Source of the DNA: Scenedesmus sp. PABB004
Lineage: Eukaryota
NCBI GenBank assembly: GCA_014905635.1
Contig: JABVCE010000003.1
Location: forward strand, 1,798,001-1,843,548
DNA length: 45,548 nt
Reading direction: 5' to 3'
Shown here: in pieces, positions 27,435-39,325 of the stretch
Layout of the letters: each line of letters starts with the position of its first letter
How positions within the stretch are numbered: position 1 is the first letter of the stretch
Position numbers and translations under genes: made by a program
The notes under the pieces: model-generated
Database searches by the model: none
What the model was told of the DNA's origin: nothing
What the model saw: the letters and a program-made list of their open reading frames with translations, nothing else

Positions 27435-29037
27435 TCGGCCGCCTACCCGGTGGACGTGGCGGCGTCCGACCTCTTCCAGCCCTGGCTGACCCAGCTCACG
27501 CCCAGCCCGGCGCCGGCCGACGCAGCAGGGCCCTATGTGCAGCCGCCGTTGTCGCAGCCTGGCGCAGAGGCGCCGGCGCCGGCCGTGGGCGAGCTGCCGG
27601 GCTGGAGCCGGCCGTTCACGCGGCCCGCGGCGTCCCCAGCAGCAGCGCCGCAGCCGGCGGCGGATCAGCAGCCCTGGACGCCGCCCGGCCCGCAGCCGGC
27701 GCCGGTGGGGGCGCCCGACCCGGCACCGGCACCGGCGGCAGCGCCGGCGGCGAGCGAGCCAGCGCTGGGGCCTGGTCCTGCCTGGCCGCTGTCGCCGCCG
27801 CCCCCACCGCCCCAGTCAGCGGCCGCGCCAGGGCCATTGCCGACGTCGCCACCGCCGTGGGTGGCACCGCCAGTCGCGCCGCAGCCCGCCCCGGCACCGC
27901 TGCCGTCGCCGCCGCCGGCGCCAGTCCCCACGCCGCCGGCCGTGGGGACTACGCTCGACGAGGACTACTGCAACCCCAGCCACGTGCGGCACGGCGGGGC
28001 GCAGCGGGGCGTCGCAGCGCGCCGGCGGCCGTCTCTGGCGCACACGCACGCACGAGCGCGCGCGCACGCGCGCGCCGACCTGTCCGCTCTCTCGCGCAGG
28101 ACTATGACATGTCGGTGCTGGTTGACTGGCAGGACCTCAAGATGTGCTGCGACGACGCCGCGCGCAAGGGCGTGCGCGACAGCGAGTGCACCAGCCTGCC
28201 GCCCGCGCCGACGCCGGCGTCCGCCGCGGCCGCGCCTGTGCCGGCGCCCGCTGCCCCCGCTCCGGCACCGGCTGCCCCCGCTCCGGCGCCTGCCGCACCT
28301 GCGCCGGCGCCTGCCGCACCTGCGCCGGCGCCTGTGCCTGCTCCAGCGCCCGTGCCGGCGCCCGCGCCGGCGGCGCCCGCGCCGGCGCCCGTGCCTCCGC
28401 CCCTTCCCCCGGCGACGCCGACGAGCACCACCGACAACACGTACTGCGACCCCGACCACGTGCGCGCCGCCTGGGGGGGGGGGACGGGTTGGGCCGGTGC
28501 CGCGGCAGCCTGAGCCCTGAGCCCTGAGCCCAGAGCCCTGAGCCCTGAGCCCTGAGCCCTGAGCCCTGAGCCCTGAGCCCTGAGCCCTGAGCCCTGAGCC
28601 CTGAGCCCTGAGCCCTGAGCCCTGAGCCCCCCCCCCGCACGCAGGACTACGACCTGTCCGTGCTGATTGACTGGGATGACATGAAGCTCTGCTGCGACGC
28701 TGCGCGCGAGCGGGCAATCACAGACAGCGATTGCGCCGCCATGCCGGCGCGGCCCGCCGAGCCGCCGGCTCGGCCCGCCGAGGGCCCGGCCACGGTGGAC
28801 GAGGACTACTGGTGAGCGTCGCGCCGCGGGCGGGGAGCGAGGGGGGCGGCCGGGCGCGCGCCGCCGCCGTGCGCGCGTCGCCTGCCCAAGGGCCGCGCGC
28901 CGCCCGACCCGCGCAGCGTCGGCGACGACTACGACTTTGCGAACAAGGCCGACCGCGTGTACTGGGACGACTGCTGCGCCGACGCCAAGAAGGCCAACAA
29001 GCTCGACTCGGAGTGCTCCCGGCCGCAGTGGACCTAG
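26198..29037 (+). CDS. Secreted PKD-like, Pro/Ala-rich protein with three Cys-rich modules, paralog 2; 5 exons
   Basis: Same signal exon as paralog 1. VLLDGSASKAE..HTWVV..LPPGTYSAALTVTS. Modules YCNPSH|DYDMSVLVDWQDLKMCCDDAARKGVRDSEC, YCDPDH|DYDLSVLIDWDDMKLCCDAARERAITDSDC and YC|VGDDYDFANKADRVYWDDCCADAKKANKLDSEC. TAG at 29035-29037. Confidence 0.8.
28509..28629. repeat. (CCCTGAG)n heptamer array, about 17 units, intronic
   Basis: Read directly; one CCCAGAG variant. Confidence 0.95.
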
Positions 29038-29247
29038 TCGCGCCGGGTCGGCCGGTCGTCGCTGAAACCTGGTCCTCTCGTCCGCTCCCGGGGAACCGCC
29101 GGATGACCCCGGTTGGGCGCACAGGACAGGCCAGCTCCGAAGCGCCTCCGCAGCCGCCACACGCCGCTCTGCAAGCAGCAGCAGCAGCTGCGCGCGGGCG
29201 GCACTCACCGGCGCGCGCCGCCATGTGCCTCTGACCGCGCGCGCGCC

Positions 29248-32200
29248 ATGGCGGCGCTGGAAGCGCTGTGGATCCTGGCCCTGCTTCTTGCGGGCCAGAG
29301 CACGGCGCAGCCGGCGCGGTGCAGGTGCGCGCCACGCCTATCGCCGCCGTCGCGCGCCCGCTGCTCGCGGCGCGTCGGGCGCGGTCGTGCAGGATGGGGA
29401 AGGATCTGGCATCCTGCAGCCGACGCGCGCGGCCCGGCCGGCGCGGCAGCGCGCGCGGAGGTGGCCGCGTTGGTCCACTGATTTCGCCGGCGCCCGCCAC
29501 CGCCCGCCGCCCGCCCGGCCGCGCCGCAGGGGCCTCGGTTGCGGCTCACCAGCTTCCTCGGTGCCGCAGGCGGAGCAGCAGGCGCATCAGGAGCCGCAGC
29601 GACGCGCCGCGGCCGCCGCAGCCGGAGCAGCAGCAGCTGCGCGCGGCGGCGCCGGTGGCGCTGGCGCGCCGCGAGCGCTGGACCCGGGCAGCTCCCGCGC
29701 CCGCCCGGGTGGCCAGGAAACGCAGCCGCAGGCGCAGGCGCAGCGGCGGCGGCACCTGCTGTCCAGCAGCAAGGCGGCCGCGCCGGCCCGGGCGAAGGCG
29801 GCGGCGGCCAACGCCCGGCCGCCGCGGGCGCCCGCCCGCGTGTCAGAGGCGGCGGCGGCGGTGGACCAGATCGCGCTCTTCCTGGAGGCGCCCACGGCGA
29901 TCATCTCGTCGCCCGCCGGCGGCGCCGCGCTGCCGGCCAGCTCGGCGTCGGGCGCGGTCGTGCGCTTCGACGGGCGCCGCAGCGACCCCGAGCGCGGCAT
30001 GCGGCTCACGCGCTACGACTGGGCGCTCGCGCGCCGCCCGCCCGGCGGCGCGCCGCTCCCCGCGCTGCCCGCCGAGGTGGTGGCCGAGGCGGAGCTGGCC
30101 CCGGGCAAGTACAGCGTGAGCCTCACCGTCACGTCCAGCAAGCGCGTGGGCGGCCGGCCCAGCAGGGACACCGCGACGCTGGAGTTTGAGGTGGCCGAGT
30201 GGACGGGGCAGCCGGACGCCGGGTCGGCGGGCGGGGCCAAGGCCGGGGCAGCTCGCGGCGAGGCCGGGGCGCCAGCGCGGGGCAAGCGAGCTGCCGGCAG
30301 CGCGAGCAGCAGCGGCGCCGCCAGCGCCAGCAGCGGCGGCGGCAGCGGCGGCGGCGCTGGCAGCGGCAGTGGCGCCGGCAGCGGTGCGGGGAGCGGTGCG
30401 GGCAGCGGCGCTGGCAGCAGCAAGCCGGCATCTCCCTCGGGCGCGGTTGGTGCGGCCAAGCCCGGCGCGCCCAGCAGCAGAACCACTGGCGCCCCTCGCC
30501 GCAGCAGCAGTGGGGGCAAGCCCGGCAGCAGCAGCAAGGGCAGCCCCGGTTCAACTGGTGCCAGCAGCAGTGGTGGTGGCAGCAGCGGCAGCGGCGGCAG
30601 CAGCAGCGGCGCCGGCAGCGTGGGCAGCAGCGGCGCCGGCAGCAGCGTCGCCGGCAGCGGCGGCAGCGGCAGCAGCGGGGGCAGTGGCGGCAGCGGCGGC
30701 GCCAGCAGTGGTGCCGGCAGCAGCAGCGGCAGCAGCAGCAGCTCAGGTGCAGGAGAGCTGCCGAGCACGCGCAGCAGCGCTTCGGTCCCGGCCAGCTCCT
30801 CCAGCAGCGGCGGCGGCGCAGCAGCCACGGACGATAGCAAGAAGGTGCGGCGGCCCCGCAGCCCGGCGCGTGCCTTCCCGCCCCCAAAGGTCCTCGCCTG
30901 CGGCGCCCGCTAGCGTCACCCACCACGCGCCGCTCGCGCAGGCGGCGGCGGCAACGGCGCCCAATCAGGAGAGCGTGAGCACACCCGCGCCCCGCAAGGA
31001 GGAGTCCGGGGCGCCCCAGCCGACGCCCCCGCCCAGCCCGCCGGTGCGCAGCAGTGGGCCTGACGCTGCTGGGAAGTGCTCGTGCTCCGTGCCAGCACTG
31101 CTCACACGCGCCGCCTGACCCGCGCGCTCGTGCAGGGCCCTGCGACTCCACCAGCGGACGCGCCGGGGCCCGCGCCTCCGGCGTCCACGCCTGTGCCGAC
31201 GCCAGGGCCGAGCCCTCCCGTGCCGGTGAGCGACCTGGGGCCGCCTGCGCGCGCCGCTGCCGCCCTCCCTGCCCAAGGCGACCGCTCGACTTGACACACC
31301 GCGCGCCGGCGCCACCCGCAGGCACCCACGCCTGCGCCCGCGCCGCAGCCGCAGCCGCAGCCGGTGAGCTCCCTGCTCGGCGCGCATGTGCACGTGCTGC
31401 CGGGTGCGCTGTGCGCCTGGCGCCTCACCGGGCTGCCGCGTCGCGCCCGCGCAGGTGCAGGCGCCCGGCGCAGGGACGCCGCCGTCCACCCCCCCTCCCA
31501 CGCCGTCGTCGCCGCCCACGGTGAGAGAGACCTGCCATGCGCGCGAGCGGGGCTGCCAGGGTGGCGGGCCGCCGCCCCTCCACGCCGCTGGCTGGCCGCC
31601 GGGCCGCCTGCCGCTGCACGCCAGGCCCCGACGCCCGCGGCCGAGCCCGCGCCCTCTCCTGCGCCGGGGCCTGCCGCTGCGCCGCCGTCGCCGGCGCCTG
31701 TGCCCGCCCCGACGCTGGCGCCGGCGCCGTCGCCGGCGCCCGGCGCGGCGCCGCCGCCGGCGGCCTCGCCGCCGCCGCCTGCCGCGCCGCCGCCGACCGC
31801 GCCCGTGCCGCCGGCGGGGCCCACGGTTGACGAGCTGTACTGCAACCCGGACAAGGACTATGACGTGCGCGGCAACGCGGACGACTGGGACGCGATGAAG
31901 GACTGCTGCGACTCGGCGCGCCAGGACAGCGTGACCGACTCGGACTGCGCCGCCTTTGCCGCCACGCCGCGCCCCGCGAGCGAGGTGAAGCCGCGCGACG
32001 ACTACACCAACGCGCCCAACGTCAACGACGACTATGTGAGAGCGCCGCGCGGCCGCGCCGGCACGCCGCGCGCTCGCGCGCCGCACGGCTGCCCGGCGGC
32101 GCGGCGCGCGCGCCGAGCGCTGCCTCGGCCCCGCCCCGGTGCTGCTGCGCGCGCAGTGCGACCCGGGCGACTACGAGCTCGGCACCTCGATGGGCAAGGA

Positions 32201-32276
32201 GATGTGGCGGGCGTGCTGCAAGGACGCGGCCATGGCCAACGTCAAGGACAAGGACTGCGACGCAGTCAAGGTCTGA
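29248..32276 (+). CDS. Secreted PKD-like, Gly/Ser-rich and Pro-rich protein with two Cys-rich modules, paralog 3; multi-exon
   Basis: Signal peptide MAALEALWILALLLAGQSTA. APTAII..VRFDGRRSDPE..RYDWAL..LAPGKYSVSLTVTS. Modules YCNPDKDYDVRGNADDWDAMKDCCDSARQDSVTDSDC and Y|CDPGDYELGTSMGKEMWRACCKDAAMANVKDKDC. TGA at 32274-32276. Confidence 0.78.
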
Positions 32277-33927
32277 CGCCGCGGCGGCGGCGTCTCGCGG
32301 CAGCGGCTGCCCCCTGGCGGCGCTGCAGCACTGCGCGTGGCAGGAGGGGCAGGCAGGCAGACAGAGGGTAGCGCAGCGCAGGCTGAGCACAGCAAGCCTA
32401 TGTTCCACGACCAGCACTGCACAGGGCGCCCGCAGGCAGCTGCGCGCGCAGCGCACCCAGCCATCTATTCCTTGGCATCCTGCACACTGGGGGCGGTCGG
32501 GCTTGATGGGCGGACGCGGGCGGACACGGGCGGACGCGTGTGTGACGACTGGCCCAGTCGTCCGGCGCAGCACATGTGACCTGGCCGAGAGCCCCGGCCG
32601 ACCGCCAGCGATCTAAACCGGCGCGCACGCCCGCTGCTGCTCAGCCGCCCGCACAGCCCGCGGCAGCGCGCAGCGCGCAGGCCGGGCGAGAAGAGAGAAG
32701 TTACACTGTGTGCTGGCGCACATTGCCCGACAGTCGCCGCCGAGCTCCACTGCCTCGGCACTCGAGCGCCGAGGCGCGCGGCCTGGAGGTGGTGACAGCA
32801 GCGGCGGCAGGCGGCGTCAGCGTAGCGGGAGCGCAGGCGGGGGGCGTGCGATGGTGTGTGTGTGTGTGGGGGGGGGGGGGGGGAGTGTCGCGCGCGCCCC
32901 GCGGCCGCGGGCCAGCGCGTGGCCTCGCGGCGGGCGCGGGGCGCACGCAGGTGATTGTGGCACCACAGACGTCCAACTCGGATCGCGATTGCGGCGCGGC
33001 CAAGCCCCTTGCGGTGCGGAACCAGGACAGCGCGCGGGCACGCGCTGCCGCGGCGGCGGCGCACCTGCGCGACGCGCGGCGCGCCGGCGGCCTGCCGCCT
33101 CCTGGTGCGGCGGGGCGGCGGGGCGGCGGCGGCGGCGGGGCGGCAGCGGCGGGTTAGAGCAGGCGCGCCGGGCTGCTCAAGCGAGCCGCGGTGCTCGGGC
33201 ATGTCGGCAGCGTGTAGATCCGGGCGAGCACGGGGGGCGCTCGCGCAGGTGCTGAGCTGCCGGCGATGTGGCACCCAAGCGAAGCCCAGGCGCCCGTGGG
33301 GAGTGGGGCAACCGGGCATTAGAGGATGCGTGCGCAGCGCTGCCGCGCGAGCCGCTGCCGGCGGCCCGGCAGCAGCAGCGGCGGCTGGCGGCGGCTGGCG
33401 GCGGCTGGCGGCGGCTGGCGCGGCTGGCGGCGGCTGCCCGCCGCCCAGGAGGAGGCTGCGGCGCTGCGGGCATCACGCCGGGCCCTCACCTCACTGCCGG
33501 GGAGCATGCCGCCAGGCGCGCAGGCGCCGGCCGCCGGGAGGGGATCGCTGCCCCGCTGCCGCGAAAGGGGGTGGCGCCGGTGCTGGTTGGAGCGCGTGAG
33601 GATGCCCTGCGTCCCCCTGCACCGCCCGGTGCGGGCGGGACCAGCGGGCGGCCGGCTATCAGCGCGTGGGGCTAGACCGCGAAAATGCCGACGACCGGGT
33701 GCACGGCAGCGCGCGCGGGGCAGCTCACGTCGCAGCTGCCAGCACTACCATCACCAGCGGCCGTGGCACCAGCAGCAGCCCCCGCCACCAGCAGCGCGCT
33801 GCAGCGGCAGCGGCGGCGGCGGGTGCACCCGCCGGAGCGCCTCCGCTTGCTTGCTGGGGGTCGGCTCGCAGCAGGCACCGTCAGGCAGGCTCACAGCGGT
33901 CAGGCACACAGCAGCGGCGTCGCCGGC

Positions 33928-34314
33928 ATGGAGGCGCTGGAGCTGGCGGCGATCGTGGGCGCCGCGGTGCTGGCGCTCGTGCTGCTGCTGCGCCGCCGCG
34001 CGTCGTACCGCGCGCACGTCGCGGCGCTGGCGGCGCCGCGCAAGCCCAAGCGCGCGCTGGTGGTGGGCACCTGGACGCGCGCCGAGGTCGCGGCGCACGC
34101 GAGCGCGGACGACCTGTGGCTGGTCATCCGCGACGCGGGCAGCGGGGAGGCGCGCGTGTACGACGTGACCGACTACGTCGAGGAGCACCCGGGCGGCCTG
34201 AGCATCATGTACAACGCCGGCGGCGACGCGACCGACGGCTTCCACGGCCCCCAGCACCCGCCCACGGTGCACGAGCTCATCAAGGAGTACTGCATCGGCA
34301 CGCTCGCAGACTGA
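33928..34314 (+). CDS. Cytochrome b5-like protein with N-terminal membrane anchor, single exon
   Basis: Hydrophobic N-terminus, EVAAH..DLWLVI, VYDVTDYVEEHPGG, AGGDATDGFHGPQH and YCIGTL. Confidence 0.93.
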   Translation: MEALELAAIVGAAVLALVLLLRRRASYRAHVAALAAPRKPKRALVVGTWTRAEVAAHASADDLWLVIRDAGSGEARVYDVTDYVEEHPGGLSIMYNAGGDATDGFHGPQHPPTVHELIKEYCIGTLAD

Positions 34315-34423
34315 GCCCCGCCCCGCACGCACCAGCCCGGCGGCCGGGCGCGCGGCGGCGGCGGTCGGTAACGGGGCGGTTACCGGACGGCCCCTGCCTC
34401 GGGCGCGCGCCCTCACAGCCCCC

Positions 34424-35478
34424 TCACAGCGCGGGCAGCAGCCGCGACAGCAGCGCGTACGTGCCGCCCGCGACGAGCAGCGCGCCGCTCGCGGGCGTGA
34501 TCCAGCCGGAGCTCCGGCGCAGGTCCAGCACCGACCGCGCCGCGCCCTGCGGCACGCGGTGCGCGGCACGCGGTGCGCAGCGCGAGGTGTGGTGCCGGGC
34601 GGGCCGCTCGCGCGGCGCGGCTGAGTGCGCGGCGCGCTCGGCGGCGCCGCGCCCGCACCGTGGCCGTCGCGACCACGAGCAGCGGCGTGACGTAGCCGCA
34701 GCTGTACCCCAGCAGCAGCGCGCCGCCGGCCAGCGGGTCGCGGCTGCTGCTGACAAACGCGAGCAGCGTGGCCAGCACCGGCGTGCTGCACGGCGACGCC
34801 GCGAGCGCAAACACGCCGCCCGCCAGGAACGCCATGAGCGGCGGCGGCAGCCGCGCGGCGCGCACGTCGACGTCCAGCGACGGCAGCGGCAGCGTCACGA
34901 CCTGGTGCGTGTGCGTGTGTGTGGTGTGGCTGGGTGCTGGGGGCACCGGGCGCCAGCCTGCTGGGCGCGCGGCGCCGCGCTCCGCCACTGGCGGGTGTGC
35001 ATGTCCCGGCAGCCCGCGCACCTCGAGCAGGTTGAGCCCCATGGCGATCGCCACCAGCGCCACCAGCGAGGGCAGCCCGCTGCCGACCTGGCCGTACGCG
35101 CGGCCCAGCAGGCTGCTGGCCACCCCCAGCGCCGACAGGCTGCTCGCGAGGCCCAGGGCAAAGCACAGTGCCTGCACCCGCAGCCTGCCGCCGCCGCCGC
35201 CGGCCCCGCCGCTGCTGCGCGCTGTGGGCAGGGTGGCCGTGCTTTGTGCCGGCGCGCTGCTGCCGGCCGCGCCGCCGCCCGCGCCAGCATCTCCCGCACC
35301 GAGCGGCGCGCCGGGCGGCGCCGCTGGCTGCGCGCCGGGCGGCGCCGCTGGCTGCGCGTAGCCGCCGATGTATCCGATGGTCAGCGGCAGCACCGACAGC
35401 GTGCACGGCGACACGCTGGTCAGCAGGCCAGCCAGCACGCACACGCCAAACGTCGCAGGGGAGACGTCTGCGCCCGCA

Positions 35479-35525
<47 letters not shown>

Positions 35526-35896
35526 TGACGCCGGCCGGCCCGGCCCCCACGGCCGCGGCGCGCCTGCGGCGCCCGCCCGACCTGTGAGCGCGCCCTGCAC
35601 CAGCTGGTCCGCGGCCTGGCCCACGCTGTAGAGCCCGCCGTCGAGGGTGGACGCCACCGCCGTGAGCGTGCAGAACTGCAGCGGCGCACGTGCGTGAGGC
35701 GTGCAGGCGCTCGCGCGCAGCAGCCGCCCCCGCAGCGCAGCCCTCTCACGTCCAGCCCGACTGCCCGGCACCGTGCCCGGCGGCCGCCGCGCGGCGCGGT
35801 CCGCCACGCTCGCGCGCCGCTGCAGCTCCCGCGTGTGGCTCCGGCAGCGGCGGCGGGCGCTCGCGCGACGGCGGCGGTGGACGCCATGCTGGCCAT
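34424..35896 (-). CDS. CCDA: Plastid cytochrome c biogenesis thiol-disulfide transporter CcdA, multi-exon
   Basis: AGLLTSVSPCTLSVLPLTIGYIGG and FALAASPCSTPVLATLL contain the two conserved PC cysteines; transit-peptide-like N-terminus. Confidence 0.92.
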
Positions 35897-36106
35897 GCTG
35901 AGCGGGTAGCTCGGAGTTCGTGGCGCGGGAGTGGTGGGCCGGTGGGCTGCGCCGGCGGAGCAGCGGCCGCGCAGCGGGGGCGTCAACGCGGGCGCAGACC
36001 CCGACGCGCAACGGCTCCTCCGAGCCGGACTCCGTGGCACACCCGCACGCCTGCACAGACCTCCAGGCCGCCTGGGCGCTCACGTTGGGTGTTGGTGCTC
36101 GCAGCA

Positions 36107-38972
36107 ATGAGGGCCATCACCAACGCTCTGAAGGGCGTGAGCTATGCCAACCCGCAGCTCGGGGAGAGCCTGTACGAGCTCTGCCGGCGCGCGACGTCCA
36201 GGCACATCGCGGGGCCCGACGAGATCATCAACCAGCAGGTGCGCCGCCCCACCGGCGCCTGATCCCGGGCCCCCAAAACCTCCCGGCGGGCATGCGCGGT
36301 GCTGCGCGCGCGGGCGGGCCCGCGCCGCGCAGTGCGGCAGCTGCCGCTGCTGCGGCAGCGGCGCCGCCTCCGAGCACGCCGAGCGCCGCGCAGGTGGTCT
36401 ACATGATCAACTCTGAGATGCACACGCCCTACTCGGCCAAGGTGCGGGCAGGCTGGCGCGCCTCCGCTGCGCCGGGCGCGCGCGGGCGCCCACCACCACG
36501 CTGCTGCCGCGTGTGCCGCGTGCCCGCGCGCAGGACGCGGTGACGTGCCTCAGGCGCCGGCTGCAGATGGACCACCCGCAGAAGCAGTACCTGGCCATCA
36601 TCCTCACCAGCAAGGCGCGGCGGCGGCGCAGCAGCGGAGCGCCGCAGCGCGGGCGCGCAGCACCCACCGAGCGCGGCCTCCCGAGCGCCCTCTGTGGTCG
36701 ACCCCCCTCGCCCCGCCCTCCCCCGCGCAGGTGCTGCAGGAGTGCCACGCCGCCATCGGCATCTACCAGGGCGAGCTGCTCCAGGAGGTCGCCTACATCC
36801 TCCGCACCGTGCGCAGCAGCAGCCCCGCCGCGGCGCGCACGCGGCAGGTGGCCATGGACACGCTGCGGCACTTTGGCAACGCTGGCGGCGACGCGTACCG
36901 CGTGGCGCGGCAGCAGGGCGGGCCGCCGCTGCAGCCGGGCATGGTCACGGGCATGGTGGCGCAGCAGCAGAGCAAGGACCCAGGTGCGGCCCGCGCGGGC
37001 GCCGACCCAGGCGCGCCGCGCGCTGCCGCGCTCACGCGCCGCGCCGCCGCCGCAGCGTCGGTCGCGGCGGAGCGCGCGTCGCTGCTGGACGAGATCAAGC
37101 GCATGGTCGAGGCGGCGGGCGCGAGCAGCGAGATCCTGAACGAGCTCGTGCTCAACAAGCAGACGGTGGGCCCGCACCCCCCGCGCCGCGCCACGCGCGC
37201 GGAGCCCGCCCCGTCGGGCGCAGCGCGCTCCGCGCGCGACGCGTTGCGACGCTCAGCGCTCCCGCCGCCCGCTGCGCCGCGCGCGCCCGCAGCCCGGCGG
37301 CGCGGCGGCGCCGGGCGACGAGTCTGTGGGGCTGCGCCGTGAGCTGATCGCGGACGTGAAGGAGCTGCGGGGGCGGTTTGACACGTTCATGGGCCCCCTG
37401 GCCGCGCTGACCGGCGCCGACGCGGAGGAGGCGATGAAGGCCGCCCTGGAGGCGGTGGACACGCTCGACAACGCGCTCGCACTCGACAAGGCGCGCCGCG
37501 GCGCACCACGCCCGGCCCGACCGCCCCGCACGCGCTGCCGCCAGCCCGCCCGCGCGCACGCCCGCACCCGCCCGCGCTGCCGCCAGCCCGCTGCAGCGCG
37601 GGCCGGCCGCAGACCCCGGCCGCGCGCCGCGCCGCAGGACGTCGACGCGGAGCTCAAGGACCTGCAGGCCAAGGGCCAGCTGCCGCCGCCCGACGCGGCG
37701 CCCGCGCCGCTCGCAGCCGGCGAGCAGGGCGCCGCGGCGGCGGGCAGCAGCGCCGCCGCGGCGGCGGGCAGCAGCGCGGCCGCGGGTGCCGCGCCCGGCG
37801 GCGTGGCGTCGCTGAACCTCATCGACCTCGACGACGACCCCCCGCCCCCGCCCGCGGCCGCGCCCGGGCCGAGCGGCGGCGGCCGCGACCCCTTTGCGCC
37901 GCAGGCGCCCGCGGCGGCCGACCCGTTTGCCGCGCCGGCGCCCGCGGCCGACCCGTTTGCGGCGGCGTCGGCGGCGCCTGCGGCCGCCGCGGCCGACCCG
38001 TTTGCCGCGGCGGCCGACCCCTTCGCGGCGCTCGCCGCGGCGCCGAGCGGCGGCGCGAGCGCCGAGCTTGCGGCCGCCGGGGCGGCGGCGGCGCCGGCGG
38101 CGGCGGGGCCGTATCCACAGGTGCCCGCGCCCGCGCCCGCGGCCGCCGACCCGTTTGCTGACGCCGCGCCCAACTGGGGCGGCGCGGCGGCCGGCGGCGC
38201 GGGCGCGGCGGCGCCGGCGCCGGCCGGCGTCCCGCCGGCGCCCGGCAGCGTGCCCAGCGGCGGCGGCGCGCTGAGCGGCGGCGGCGCGCCGAGCAGCAGC
38301 GGCTTCCCCAGCGGCGGCGGCGCGCCGGCGGGCGGGCCCTACGCGCCGCCGGGCTACGCGCCGGCGGGCTACATGCAAGCGCCGCCGCCGTACGGCTACA
38401 TGCAGGCGCCCGGCGGCGCGCCCGCGGCGTACGCGTCGCCCGGGGGCGCGCCCGCGTACGGCGTGCCGGGGCAGGCGTTCACGGGCGCGCCGTACCCCGG
38501 CGGCGCCTACGGCGCGCCGCCGCCGCCGCCCTACGGCGGCGCGCCGCCGCCGTCGCCCTACGGCGGTGGCGCGCCGCCGCCGTCGCCCTACGGCGGTGGC
38601 GCGCCGCCGCCGTACGGCGGCGCGCCCTACTACGCGCCGCACTACGCGCAGGCGGGCGTGCCGGGGCTGGCGCAGCCGCAGCTGCAGACCCCGCCGCCGC
38701 CGCAGCCGCAGCAGCCACAGCCGCTGCCGCAGCACGGGAGCGGCGGCGGCGCGTACGGCGCGGGCGCGTCCCCGCCGCCGAGGGACACCACGGCGCTGAG
38801 CCCGAGCAACCCCTTTGCCGCGCCCGCGCCCGCGCCACCGGGCGGCGGCGAGACGGCCAATCCCTTTGCGCCGGCGCTGGCGGGCCCTGCGGGGGCCGGC
38901 GGCAGCGTGGAGGCGGAGTGGAACACCTTCTTCAGCGACGCGCGGCCGGGCGCGGTGCCGGCGGGCAAGTAG
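36107..38972 (+). CDS. VHS + GAT domain protein (TOM1-like/TOL) with long DPF/NPF, Pro/Tyr-rich tail
   Basis: [47 protein letters not shown] (VHS). [29 protein letters not shown] (GAT-like). Confidence 0.8.
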
Positions 38973-39325
38973 CGGCCGCGCGGAGCGCAGCGCGCGGGGG
39001 TCGGGGAGCGGCGGCGACGCACTGCAGCGTGGCTGGGGGCGTGGTGTGTGACAGACGCGCACAGCAGGCGGCCCGGGCCGCAGTGCCGGCGACGGCTCGC
39101 CCCGCGGCGGCTCGCCCCGCGGCGGCAGCGCACGGCCCACCGGCGCCCCGGCGGCCGGCGGCCATGCGGAGGCGCGCCGCTGGGCGGCAGCGCCGTCGCC
39201 TCCCTAGTGCGGTGCCCAGGGGCGCGAGGTTTACGATGCTAGCACCGCGCGAGCCGCCTCGAGCGCGCGCCGCGGGCTCGCCCCTTTCGCGACCGCGGCG
39301 TGCTGATCAGAGGGCGTGTGACACC

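Noticed and set aside
33379..33436. Short 10-bp tandem repeats (also at about 4717-4755 and 7551-7590) and GGCGC runs at 1425-1590
   Set aside because: Ordinary slippage repeats in GC-rich introns and intergenic DNA.
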